Origin: the human T2T-CHM13v2.0 reference genome, Homo sapiens
Reading direction: 5' to 3' (one strand)
Assembly (NCBI RefSeq): GCF_009914755.1
Contig: NC_060940.1
Length of the DNA stretch: 64,000 bases
The translations under genes were made by a program, and so were the position numbers. Positions 46,151 through 58,885 of the stretch are shown here, in pieces. Positions within the stretch are counted from its first letter, which is position 1. Every line of letters starts with the position of its first letter. The notes beneath the pieces were generated by a model. The model saw only the letters and a list, made by a program, of their open reading frames with translations. It did no database searches and was not told the DNA's origin.

Positions 46151-47733
46151 AATGTTCCTCCATAGACTCCTCCCTGAAATGGGGTTGTGGCCTGGACAGG
46201 AAATGCCCTCATTGTTTGAGGGGACCGGGTCCAGGCTCCCTTCTTGGTTCCCGACAGAGGGGTGCCATTCTGATGAAATTTTGAACTGCATTGATTAGTC
46301 CAATGATTTCCTTTATTGCAACAAGGGCAAATTTCTGGAATTTTTTCTGCTGAAGGTTGGGTATTGCATTATAAGATCCCTTTTGCCCAAGGTCTGATGG
46401 CATTCCTTTTTGAAATGTCCGATTTTTCCACAATTATAAGATTTTCCCATTTTAGGGTTTGACCCTTAGCCCTTTTTAGATTTGTTAACTACTAAATTAG
46501 CCATTGCTTGAGCTAACATTGTAGAGCAATGAAGCTCAGTTCTCACATCTTGACAAGTTTTGAGAAAATGTCCTAAGTTTTTAGTACATCTCACAGGAGC
46601 CAGTGCACATTTATAATCCGTGTTTGCATTCTCAAAAGCTAAAGTTAAGGTTAGCATTTCTGCAGCAGTGGTATGAGGAATCTGATGCCTCACTGCCTCT
46701 TGTAATCATGCAAGAAAATGTGCATAGTGCTCCTTTGACCCTTGCATGCCATGTAAAAAGGATTGTATTGGGACCCCTTCCTCTGGAATTGTGGCCCAGG
46801 TGCATTTAGCAGCCAGTGCACGCTGCTTATAAGCAGCGTCTGGGAGTGTCATTTGATATTCCAGGTCTGAATAAGGGCCATTACCCAACAGCATATCCTC
46901 TGTAATGTCCCTGTGTCCGGCAGCACAATTCTGTCTAGCCTGGTGTGCACACAGTTCTTGCCAATTTAAATTCCATTTCAGATATGCACTAGCAGACAAA
47001 CAAGTGTGAGCCAAATGCTTTACATCAAAGGATGGAAGACACATAGTTCAAAATACAGATTCTAACAATCCTAAAGTAAATGGGCTCTGTACTCCATTAT
47101 TCACTACACTAGCTTTTAATTCCTTCAACAACTTAAACTCTAGTGAGGCATGTTCATAAATAAACTGCTGTGGATTATTTGGATCAGGCCTTACAGAAAT
47201 AGTGAAAGTGCAATGTCCTAAGGGCTCTCCAGCTATGGTAGCAGAGCATAGAATTCTTTGCAGTGGGGTCTCTATTTCTGTTACTGAAGGAGATGGTACA
47301 GGTGTTTCTGCTACTGGAGGGGGTGGTAGACGCCAATTTTCATCCTCCCTCTCCTGTTTATTATTTTCTTTGGGTGTTGTGGGTGGGACAAAAGATTCTT
47401 TCAAAATTTGAGATTCAGAACATGGCTCCTGCGGTTTGGCAGAATAAGAATGAGATAATGGCAGGAGGACAGTATGGACTAAACTCCAAACAGAAAAAAA
47501 AGGAAGGATAAACTTTAAGACCTTTTTGATGAGCCCATTTTAATCCTTCCCCTACTCAGTTCCAATTTTCCACATCAAGAGCGCCTGTCTGCGGAAACGA
47601 GGGGTTATGCATGATAACCTCCTGCAGCAGCTTAGTCAGCGTTTGAGAACTAACCTGAGCACCAGATTGTTTACGTAAAACTTTAAGCAACTGCACGTAA
47701 TGCTGCTCCTCAACAGACAAACTCTGCCCCCAC
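46150..47733 (-). pseudogene. gag: HML-6 gag remnant
   Basis: LKELKASVVNNGVQSPFTLGLL, LAFENANTDYK, zinc knuckles (S)YNCGKIGHFKKEC and CPCCNKGNHWTNQC. Confidence 0.9.
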
Positions 47734-47876
47734 GTTACCCTGATTCAGAAACTTCCCACTCCCAGTACCTCTTTAGGACACTGACCTTATATCCTCTGCA
47801 GGCAGACTCATCCCAGGGTTTCTCATTCATCTGGTCAGTTTCACTTTTTCTGCTCCAGCAGACCTTCTTTGTTCAA

Positions 47877-47894
47877 GTCCCTGTTCAGGTGCCA
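47877..47894 (-). promoter_or_regulatory. Primer-binding site, tRNA-Lys3 type
   Basis: TGGCACCTGAACAGGGAC, 2 nt after the 5' LTR; two CpG-type changes from the canonical TGGCGCCCGAACAGGGAC. Confidence 0.88.
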
Positions 47895-47896
47895 CT

Positions 47897-48326
47897 TGTG
47901 GCTGTCAGTTCAGGACTGAAGAAGAAGGACAAACGCAGAAATGAAGACAAAGACAAAAAGATCTGTTTTAAAGAAGGGGTCAGGGGGCTCCTTGCTTCTA
48001 GGGAACAAGGGCCCTGAGCTTATACAGCCCTTTGTATTCATTAGGTAGAATCAACAGGGAGGAAGAGGTAATGGTTAGTCAGCTGCCTGATTTATCACAG
48101 GCTCACATAATTGGTTTCTTTGTACAACAGGCTCCAGATGTTCCTATAGATAACCACAAGAAACACTGTGCCTGGGGCATGACTGCCCTCAGCATTCCTT
48201 CTGGTTGCAGATGCAGTTGTCAGCTTGCCAACATCCTGCATTCATGAGAACAGTTTGCTGTTTGCTCATATAGCCTCCAGTGGTATAATGAGTTGGTCAC
48301 AACACTCATTCTTTTGACCTCCAACA
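47897..48326 (-). repeat. 5' LTR (LTR3)
   Basis: Homologous to 40441-40873, roughly 9-10% mismatches by manual count. Confidence 0.92.
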
Positions 48327-49436
48327 AGATAGTACAATAATTCCATTTTTAATATCTGAGGAACCTCTGTACTATTTTTCATAATGGCTGCATTATTATT
48401 TTTCCACCACTCAGTGCACAAGTATATCAATTTATCTACATCCTTGAAAATATTTATTATTTTCTCTCGTTTGATAGTGGCCATCCTAATGAGTGTGAAG
48501 TAATATCTCATTGGGATTTTGCTTTTCATTTCTCTAAAGATTCGTGAATTTGACCATCCTTTCAAATTCCTCTTGGCCATTTGTATATCTCTTTTGTAGA
48601 AACATCTGTTGAGAGTTTTGCCCATTTTTAAATAGGGTTGTTCAGTTTTTTTTGTTGAGTTTTAAAGTTGTTTATACATTCTGGTTATTAACTTCTATCA
48701 AATATATCATTTGTAATTTTTTTCTCATTTCTTACGTGACATTAAATGTTTCCTTTATGTCCAGAAAGCTTACTACATTTGAGGTAGTCCCATTTTTCTG
48801 CTTTTTTTCTTGTTACTTCTGCTTTTAATGTCATATTTTAAAAAATTACCAAGACAAATGTCATGATTTTTACCTCATATTTTAAGAGTTTTATAGCTAT
48901 CTTACTTACATTTGTTTAATTTATTTAAGATATTTTTGTATATGGTTCAAGTCAGAAGTCCAATTTCATTTTCTTCCATTTTGATGTTCACTTTTAGAAC
49001 ACTATTTGTTAAAGGGTCTGTTATTTCCCTGTTGTTTGGTAATGGCAACTTGTTTGAAGATTATCTGATGATATTCATGATGGTCTATATCTGGGTTCTC
49101 TATTCTGTTCCATCATCTATTTGTCTTTCTGGTTGTATTTCTATAGCTTTGTAATCTGTTTGGAAATCAGGAAGTGTGACACCTCTAACTTCGTTCTCTA
49201 AAGCTTCTTTGGCTACTCATTGTCCCTTGATATTCCGTAAGAATTTTAGGACTTAAAATAATATTTCTAAAAAAATCGTAACATTGGGATTTTGATAGAA
49301 AATACTTTGAATTTGTGTTTCACTGTGAGTAGTATTGACATCTTAATAATATTAAATTTTTTGAGCCGTCAAGAGTCTGCTGTTTTAAGTCTCACATATT
49401 TTTTAATTTGCCAGTTTCCTTTTGCTTGTGATTTGT

Positions 49437-49552
49437 AGATGAGGTCTTATTATGTTGCCCAGGCTGGTCTCCAACTTTTGGCCTCAAGCTATTCTCCATC
49501 CTCAGCCTCCTGTTGTATTTCAATTACATGGATGAGCCACTGCACCTGGCCT
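49437..49552 (-). mobile_element. Alu monomer (FLAM-like)
   Basis: ATGTTGCCCAGGCTGGTCTCC...GAGCCACTGCACCTGGCC. Confidence 0.8.
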
Positions 49553-50576
49553 CTTTATTGTTTTTCTGACATTTTTATGATTTGGAGGTAATTTTTGAAA
49601 AAGGTTATAAATATGTATCTCTTTAGAAAGTTTTTCATTTTTAATGTACTCAAAACACATAAAATGTACCATCTTAAATATATTAAGTACATAGTTAAAT
49701 AATATTAAATATATTCACATTGCTATGCAACATATCGCTAAAATGATTTTATGTTGTAAAACTAAAATTCAATACCTATGAAACAACAACTACCCTTTTA
49801 TTTCCACCCCTAAGGCTCTGACTGATACTATTCTACTTTCTGTTTCTAAGAGTTTAACTACATTAGATATTTTATTTAACTGGAGTCAAACAGTGTCTGT
49901 CCTTTTGTGACTGGTTTATTTCATTTACATAATGTCCTCAAGATTTATTCTTAGTGTAAAAATAATCAGATCTCCTGCTTTTAAAAAACTGAATAATATT
50001 CCATTATTTGTATATTCCAAATTGCCTTTATCCACTCATTCACTGAGGGACATTTGGGTTCCTTCCACCTATCAGCTGTTGTGAATAATGCTGCAATGAA
50101 TATGGATATAAAAATAACTCCTCATTTGGCCATATATATGACAGTTTATTCCTGTGATCTATTCTGTTCCATTGGTCTGTCTGTCTGCCTTTATGTCAGT
50201 ACCAAATAGTTTGGTTACTGTAGTTTTGTAATACATTAGGAAGTCAAGGAGTGTCATAGCTCCAATATTATGCTTTTAGAAAGTTGTTTGGCTCTTGATA
50301 CTCACTTTAGATTCCATATAAGCTTTAGAATTTTTTTTGTATTTCTGCAAATGAAATGACAGTTAAAATTTGACAGCGATCACATTGAATCTGTAGATAA
50401 TTTTGGGTAGTGTGAACATCTTCACAATATTGTCTTCCGACCCTTAACGAGAGCATGCTGAAGAGTGGGTTGTTTAATTTCCACATATTTGTAGATTTTC
50501 CAGTATTTTTTCTGCTATTGATTTCTCATTGTATTCCCTTTTAATCAAAAATGATAGTTTGTAATATTTTAATCTC

Positions 50577-50868
50577 TTTTGGGACAGAGATTTGCTATGT
50601 TACTCAGGCTGAAGCACAGTGACTCAATTATGGCTAACCACAGCCTTGATCTCCCAGGCTCAAGCAATCCTCCCACCTCAGCCTGCTGAGTGGCTGGACA
50701 CACAGGCACGTGTAATCATGCCCAGTTAATTTTTTAATTTTATATTTTGTAAAGACAAGGTCTCCTTATGTTGCCCAGGCTGGCCATGAACTCCTAAACT
50801 CACTCAATCCTCCCAATTCAGCCTCCCAACATGCTGGAATGATAGACATGAGCCACCATCCCTGGCCC
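50577..50868 (-). mobile_element. Alu (AluJ)
   Basis: Diverged reverse dimer. Confidence 0.88.
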
Positions 50869-52064
50869 ATATTTTACCATTTTAAAATTTAGCAAAACTT
50901 GTTTTGTGTCCTAGTAGGTCATCAACCCAGGAGAATGTTTCATGACCTATTGAAAAAATTGTATATTCTGATATTGCTGTGTGGAGTGTTTGTTTCTTTT
51001 GTTTTTTCACTTCTATTCACTGTGACTAGTGTTTTCTATATGTCTGTTAGGTTTAGAGTTTGCAGTGTTATTCAAATTCTCTGTTCTCAAGTTAACTTTC
51101 TGTCTGGCTTTATTATTCATTACTGATAGTGGGTAGTGGGGTAATTATGTCTCTTACTATTTTTGCATAGCCATTTCCTTCTTCATTTGTGTCAATGTTA
51201 ACTTTATACATTTGGGAACCCTGATGTGAAGTGTGCACATATTTATTATTAACACAGCTTCCCCAGTGAATTGACAGTTTTATCATTATACAACATCTTT
51301 CTTTGTCTGTTGTTTCAGTTCTGACTTAATGTGTATTTTGCATAATTATGATCCACGTTGCTGTCATTTGATTGCAGTTTTCCTAGAAGGTATTTTTCAT
51401 ACTGGCACTTTTAGCCTATCTGTGTGCTTAGATGTAAATTGAGTTTCTTATAGACAACAGAAAATAAATCTTGTTTTTTTAAAATCTCTTTAGCCAATTT
51501 ACATATTTCCAGTGTATATTTCACTCCATGTATATATTCATTTTAATTCTGAAAAGAATGGAATATTTCCTTTTTGTTAATAGTTCTATTTGTTTCTCGT
51601 AGGTATTTTCTCCTCTTTTCTGCTCTTATTGCCTTCCTTTGTATATAATTGATTTTTATAGTGACACATTTCTATTTCTATTTTAATTTGCCAAAGCCAA
51701 ATTGCAAGATAAAAGGTTTGCCTTTAATCTAGTCTCTTGACATCTAAATTCTGGAGATTAAGGCTATGGACAGATCTAAAAACATGAGGTTTCCCCCTTC
51801 TGGGTCCCCATTTTTTGGACTTCTGTCTGATTTCTGGAAGAGTGATGAGTCCACACCAAGCAGCAGCGGACAGCAGTGGTCTATCTGTGGACACTTGTTT
51901 CCTGTAGGTCCCTCCTGTCTCTCAGTGCACCACCTCTCTTACCCTTGAAACAGGAGTGATATTGGCAGAGAAGAGGCATTCACTCCTATCTGGCAGAAAA
52001 GGAAAATTCAGGCCCTTTACCTCCCGAAGGTCAGAAAAGTCAAGAGCCCTCAGAGATGCACCTG

Positions 52065-52362
52065 CAATGTGGCAGCCACTGGCCACAACAGGCTACTGAG
52101 CACCCAAATTGTACACAGTATGTACTGAGATATGCTAGGGAAAAATATCAGAAAGTATTTTAGAGATTTAGTTACATATATATCTATATCTATATCTATC
52201 TATATATATGTAATGATTTCATTCTAATTATATGTTAAAATATTTTGGATATATTGGGCTAAGTTATTAAAATCAATTTCACTCATATTTCTTTTTCTTT
52301 ATGCTGCTACTAGAAAACTTTGACACACGTGGCTCACATTTTATTTCTACTGCACATTGCTG
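52065..52362. mobile_element. hAT-Charlie DNA transposon fossil (MER33/MER3-like)
   Basis: GGCAGCCACTGGCCAC...GATATATTGGGCTAAG...GTGGCTCACATTTTATTTCTACTG, recalled family motifs. Confidence 0.65.
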
Positions 52363-52456
52363 CAATAGAAGATTGCCAGTTTTCAAAGCTCAGGCTGCCT
52401 CAAATTCAAGAGGAGAGAAAGATTGTAAAATCTAAAATTTAAAAATAATTGTCATT

Positions 52457-53058
<602 letters not shown>

Positions 53059-53069
53059 TAAATTATCCT

Positions 53070-53780
53070 TTTAAAGTGCTTTTGAATTTCATTTGCAACT
53101 ATGTTGTGGATGATTTTGCATCTATGTTCATCAGGGATATTGGCGTGTAATTTTTTTTTTTGTAATGTCTATCTCTGGTTTTTGTATCAGGGTAATGCTG
53201 GCTTCGTAAAATGAGTTTGGAAGTATTCCTGTTTCTTCAATTTTTTTTCAAAGATTTGGTTCTTTTTAAATGTTTGGTAAAATTCAGGAGTAAAGTCATC
53301 AGATCTAAACTCTTTACTCATTACTGATCTATTCATGTTTTCTATTTCTTTATGGCTCAGTCTTGGTAGGTGGTACATGTCTAGAAATTTATTCATGTCT
53401 TCTCCCTTACACAATTTGTTTGGATATCATTGTAAATAGGAGTCTATGTACACAGCAATCTTATGACCTTTTGTATGTCTGTTTTGCCAGTTGTAATATC
53501 TTCCATTTAATTCTAATTTTATTTATTTGAGCATTTATTTCTTAGCCTAGCTAAAGATAGGAAGATTTTATGTTTTCAAAAAAAAAACAAGTTCTTACAT
53601 TTTTTCTACATTTTCTGTTTTTTTTTTCTAGTGTTCATTGTATTTATTTCTGCTCTGTTTTTTTAATTAATTTCATCATCTGCTAACTTTGGGATAAGTT
53701 CTCCCTCTTCTAGTTTCTTGAGTTATATCATTATTTGTTTATTTGCAATCTGTCTTCTCTTTGGAAGAAGGTGTTTACTG
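53070..53780 (-). mobile_element. Old L1 ORF2 fragment
   Basis: ORF 53187-53414 (-) gives MNKFLDMYHLPRLSHKEIENMNR (L1 ORF2). Confidence 0.82.
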
Positions 53781-55068
53781 CCTCTCCATCTCACTGGGAT
53801 TAGCACCCATATTCGTTATGGTACTTTTTTTTTTTTTTGAGTCCATCAAACTTCTGATCCTAAGATTGCACCATTGGCATACTGGTAAGCAGCAGTGCTA
53901 AAAGTTCACATGATGAGTAGGGGTTTTACAGTGAGAGAATTACCCCAAATGTTTTGGGAGGGACTAATATTAAATTCTCTTTCTCCTTTTTATGACTCAT
54001 CAGTGCCTAAGCCATAAGGCACAAGGAATGCACACCTCATCATGAGATTGCACGTGACAGCAGCAAAGGAAGCAGCAGCTCAGAAAAGACAAGGCCACTG
54101 TTCTTGCTTGCATGACAGTAGCACTTCTTAGAGCAACTGAATGACAAGCATAATTCTCTCCAAAGTAAAAGTCCCTTTTGTTTTTGCAATTTTACAGAAG
54201 ACCATCCCTGGGTCTGTCCTGAGAGTGTGCAATAATAAACAACGTTCAGATGACTACCCAGGCATTTAGTAATAGTAAGCAGACCAGATGAAGCGACCAC
54301 AGGGATATGGCCGGACTCCTGGTAATCAGGACTGAAGTGCTGACTGATTAAGGTGCTGTGTTTTCACTGCCTTGACACGCAAGTGTCTTGCAAACTGCCT
54401 GCCAAACACAGGCTAAACATGATGACACGTCACGCGGGAGAAGAGTCCATTGAATATTTATGTCTAGGTAATGTGTGCTTTAGTGTGGGCAGGGAAGGCA
54501 AATCATGATAAAGGCCACAAATTGTTATTTAGACCAAAGCAAAAGCCCACCACAAACTGATGGCTCTGACAGAGATGACTTTTAATGTATCATGAAACCA
54601 GTAGGCCAAAAGCAGTTAAAGTTGAGCAGATGTCCTCCGTCATGGGTGATTAATCCAGTTAGTGTTGTGAATTGTTTGATTAGCCTCCCCTTTACCCCAT
54701 TGGTGAGGGAGAAATTACCACCCTAATGCTACTGGAATAGTTAAAACCATGGCACCAATCACTGGACAGATGAGATTGACAGCAGTTATTCATTACATAT
54801 AATCATGGAAGGAGAAAGCTATGTAAGGTATACAGACCCACACAGCCATTGCACCTGGGAGCAGAGAGAACAAACAGGAGGTGTCGGGGAAGGCTTTGTA
54901 GTATCAAGAGGGTGAGATGCTCCTGGTTCCCACAGGAGGTGTTATTGGTTGGCCTGGATAATTCTGTGACCTTGGGGGAAACTGAAACACATTATACTAC
55001 CAACTGCTAAGACTACAATAACATACCATAACAGTGTAATTCTGTAATGTACTACATAATACTAATGA

Positions 55069-55261
55069 CAGTATGTTCTCACTTTTTTGATAGATTCTGG
55101 GAAACTGTGACTTTAAGTAAAACAATATACTATATAATAAAACCAATTTTACCATTGGCTAATTGATATAAACAAGTTAATTTTCCATGGCATACAGTAT
55201 TTTGTTTTACTTAAAGTCAGTTTCTAAGGACCTATCAATGACGTTAAGTGAGCACTTACTG
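55069..55261. mobile_element. TcMar-Tigger MITE (MER6-like)
   Basis: Terminal inverted repeats CAGTATGTTCTCACTT...AAGTGAGCACTTACTG with an internal inverted repeat GACTTTAAGTAAAACAA / TTGTTTTACTTAAAGTC. Confidence 0.7.
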
Positions 55262-56142
55262 AACATGTATTTTAGTGATGTGTAATATAAAGTAGCTATA
55301 TAAAATATACTATATAAAATATACTATCCATATACAAAACTACATGTGCTACACATTACAGTCTTGAACCACATAAAAATGTTCTAGAAATTGACAGACC
55401 ATATATATGAGGGTGTTTTGTTGTGAGTAGGTATATGTAAACCTGCCTTTAAAAGCCAAGGGAGTTGAAAGGTTGAAGAATGAGGCTGACAAATCAAGTT
55501 TCTCAGAAAGGAACATTTAAGATGGACTTATGAATAGAAGCTATGTCTCAGATGGCTGAAGATGGTGGATCCTCCCACTGTTAACCCCTAAACCCAGACA
55601 CTTAACACAGGAAAGGAATGTGAAGGACAATTGAAATCACCATATAAATTTGCCTAAGGGTAGGATTTACACTAAGTAACTGTTCACAATAACAACAAGA
55701 TTGTTTTAAGGGTAGGGCTTACAGAACAGTAGGTTTCAGTATATGACATAGGTACTTGAAACCCCCCAAAAAAACATTAGAGGAAATACCTGTGTCATAA
55801 TTTTAGGGTTTTTTTTTAGTAACTTAAAATCTGGTTATATTAAATTAAGTAATCTTGTTTCTCACTAAAAATTAACATTGCTAAGCATTAAAATGATAGT
55901 TTTAAGACAGTTTTTACCCCAGCACCAGTGATAATAGGGCCCCAGGTCCCACCCCTTCGGGTCCTGAATGACAGAAGATGTGAACCAACTCATAGCCACA
56001 TGACGACAGGGTAAAAAGTTCCAAGCTGCAGCCCTTTTCAGGCAAGACTTCCTCCTTATGCTGAAGCCCAGACCTCACCGTGGACATTTGAATTTATCCT
56101 TGTATATAAGGTTATTTTTATTTACAAATTATATATATATAT

Positions 56143-56243
56143 GGCCAGGCATAGTGGATCTCACCTTTAATCCCAGCACTTTCGTAGGCTGAGAGGAGAG
56201 GGGCTCTTGAATCCAGGAGTTTGAGACTAGCCTGGGCAACACA
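56143..56243 (+). mobile_element. Alu left-arm fragment
   Basis: GGCCAGGCATAGTGG...CCTGGGCAACA. Confidence 0.8.
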
Positions 56244-56249
56244 GTTGGA

Positions 56250-56625
56250 TGTTATGATCAAGTTGGATTTATTCCTGGGATGCAATAATATTTTAATATG
56301 TGGAAATCAATAAATGCTATACACCTTATTTACACAACAAAAAGATTAAAAATCATGACTTTTTATGCATGCCTAAAATTATTTTGACAAAATTTAAAAT
56401 CCATTCCTAACAAAATTTATAGCAAATTAGGTATAGAAAGAATATACCTCAAAATAAAGAGATGCGTTCTTTATTAGCTATAGGACAAGCCCATAGCTAA
56501 CATTGTCAGTGGTGAAATGTTGAAATCTTTTCTAAGATTTATTTTAAGATAAAGATGCCCACTCTCACTACTTCCTTACATACAGTATTTGAAATCCTGC
56601 TCAGAATATAAGACAAGAGAAGAAA
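56250..56625 (+). mobile_element. Old L1 ORF2 RT fragment
   Basis: ATGATCAAGTTGGATTTATTCCTGGGATGCAA and GATGCCCACTCTCACTACT, homologous to the L1 RT at ~29900-30220. Confidence 0.8.
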
Positions 56626-56915
56626 AAATTGGGGCATTTAAGAAAGAACAAGGTCTTATATTCATGGAGATTAACGCGCAGGTTTTTACAGATTTAACAG
56701 CATGAAACCTGGTACCACCCAGGAATCAAAGGAACTCTCCCTGAGGACACAGGGCTTTAGGGCGTCAATTATTAAGAGGCTACATGAAAGCAGAAATGCT
56801 CCTCAATGTTTCCATTGTCTAGATATAAAGTTTCAACAGATGAGCACCAGTAAGTAAAGGCACATCCCTGACTACTGTAGGTGATGATCTTTTCACACAA
56901 AGCAGAGATATGAAA

Positions 56916-57079
56916 CCTGACAGGTTTCAAAGACCCCCCAAGTGCTCCATACCTTGAAATTCATCTCCACAAAGCTGGAGCACCATCTGTTCCTGAGCCT
57001 GACAGGTTTCAACGACCCCCCAAGTAATCCATACCTTGAAATTCACCTCCACAAAGCTGGAGCACCAGCTGTTCCTGAG
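56916..57079. repeat. 82-bp tandem duplication
   Basis: CCTGACAGGTTTCAA...CTGTTCCTGAG at 56916-56997 and 56998-57079. Confidence 0.92.
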
Positions 57080-57959
57080 GGATCAGGTCATCATCTGTGT
57101 CTTTGAGACACTGGCCAGTCAGGCTTCAGTGGATATGAGGTCAATAATTTCAAGTGTAAAATGCCTAAACTATCATAATCTTTAGGTAGATATTTGGGGG
57201 CCTGCACACTTAAATGGGTTGGTGAAATGTCAAACCAGACACATGGCTGAAAACTGGGATTTTCTCTTCTGCTCTTAGCAGTACCTTGGTAGCCCAGTGA
57301 TTACCCTCCCTCATTCCTCCACGTCCACGTCCGCGAAAAAGGCACTGGTGAGGGTGACATTTTCACAAAGCCATAGCCCATGATCACTTCTTGCAAAGCT
57401 CTGAACTTGTGCATTCCCAGGCCAGGCGGTGGGTGTCTTTCAAAGTCGGCTGAGCTTGTGCTTTGCTTGGACAGAGCGGAGAGCAACAGCACAGTGGACA
57501 CCCTTTGGGACCTCAGCCCAGTTTCCAAAACCACTTAGGAAAGCAGGTGGCTCCAGGGGCTGGGGCAGGGGTGATGCTGTGGAAAGAGCCTGGGTGAGGG
57601 TGGGAGAGAAAATCGACCTGAGCAGCAGAGAGCCGCGTGAGTGAGGACCAGACACTCCTAATTTCGGCAAAGACGGGGCGCACTTCGCAAAAACACACCC
57701 TCCTCACTGGCCAGCCCACGCCTCCCCTTCAAGTTCCTCTCCTGACAATCCCCTTGGCAAGGGTTTGGCATGGAAACAATGGCCAGCAAAGCTTGGTAAA
57801 TGAAGCCGCCTACACCGCCCTGCCCCTCCCTGCACGGCCGCGCTCCGCCTCCGCTCCTATCTCAATTTGAATTGTCCTCCTGCAGCCCCACCACCCACAG
57901 TGGGGAACCGGTGAAGAGACTACAACTCCTGGATGCACCGGGAGGCGGGTGTCGCCCCG

Positions 57960-58345
57960 CATCCCCCCGCCCTGGGCTAGGCGCACAGCGCAGCCCGGAG
58001 CAGGCTGGCATCCTAGACCCTCTGCCCTGCCAACAACACAACAACAGCCGGGGAGTGGACCTGACCCCGGAACTCCCGAAATTTCCTGAAGACGGTTCCG
58101 CTCCCTGCCTCGCCCTTCCAGGCAGCCCAGCAGTTTCGCCCTGCGGAGGGAAGCCTTTCTGTTCTCAAATCTCTCGTGCTGGGGAGACAGTGGAGCTAGG
58201 GCGGCTAGTTTCCCCTTGTAATTGTGACACCTTGTCTCCTCGAGCTGCAGGCTAATGCTTGTCGTGTTCGTAGTTTGATTTCTCGCAGATCAACAAAGGG
58301 CCGGTGGCCTCTCTCGGCCTCCGCGGGAGGGTTGCCAGGGTAACG
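57960..58345 (+). pseudogene. TP53TG3P: TP53TG3 paralog, frameshifted
   Basis: Across frames: GWHPRPSAL...GSGPD; EDGSAPC...SPAVSPCG...QIS...ELGRLVSPCNCDTLSPRAAG; ACRVRSLISRRSTKGRWPLSASA. All match TP53TG3 as recalled. Confidence 0.85.
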
Positions 58346-58885
58346 CTCTTCCGCCAGACTTTGGGCGCGCCCCGCCCCTTTTCTCACACAGCCTCCTCCT
58401 CAGCCCCACCCTCTCTCGCTCCTCCCTTTCTAGTTCCCTTTCAGACATGCGCAGTGCGGCCGTCCCTAGAGGCGGGTTAACGGCCGCGGACCTGGCAGTT
58501 CTCAGGCTTCTCCAAGGGAGAAGCCCCCTTGCCAGGGTCTCGATTTCCCGCCAACCAACAAAGGTTCATTTGCCTCTTATGGCCTGCGCGGGAGGGTTGC
58601 CATGGTAATACTTCTCCGCCGGATGTTGGGCGCACCCCGCCCCTTTTCTTGCCCCCCTCCCCCTCCACCCCGCCCCTTCTTGCTCCTCCCTCTTGTCACG
58701 CCCTTTCAGACATGCGTAGTGCAGCCCGTCCCTAGCGGTGGGGTAAAGGTCCTGCCCTTTTACACATGCGGAGTGCACCCGTTCCTAGGGGTGGGGCTAA
58801 CGGGCCTACCGTTTCAGACATGCTCAGTGCAGCCTGTCCTTAGGCGTAGGGTAATGGTGGGCGACCTGGCAGTTCTTGGGCTCCT
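58290..58885. repeat. ~265-bp diverged duplication plus a 54-bp subrepeat (TTTCAGACATGC...CCTAG)
   Basis: 58294-58480 resembles 58558-58745; motif copies at ~58439, 58704, 58758 and 58812. Confidence 0.8.

Larger units (their letters stand above)
40441..48326 (-). mobile_element. HERV-K(HML-6)/HERVK3 provirus, near full-length, defective
   Basis: Two ~430-bp LTR3s, tRNA-Lys3 PBS, betaretroviral order gag-dUTPase-pro-pol-env, PPT; degenerate TSD AGATCA/AGATAG. Confidence 0.93.
48327..51680 (-). mobile_element. Old L1 (L1M) fragments
   Basis: ORF 48266-48625 (-) gives DIQMAKRNLKGWSNS...KIPMRYYFTLIRMATIK (L1 ORF2); further antisense L1 motifs follow. Confidence 0.8.

Noticed and set aside
54700-56090. 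Probable old LTR fragments either side of the MITE
   Set aside because: LTR-like in character, but I could not support family or boundaries without a repeat-library search.
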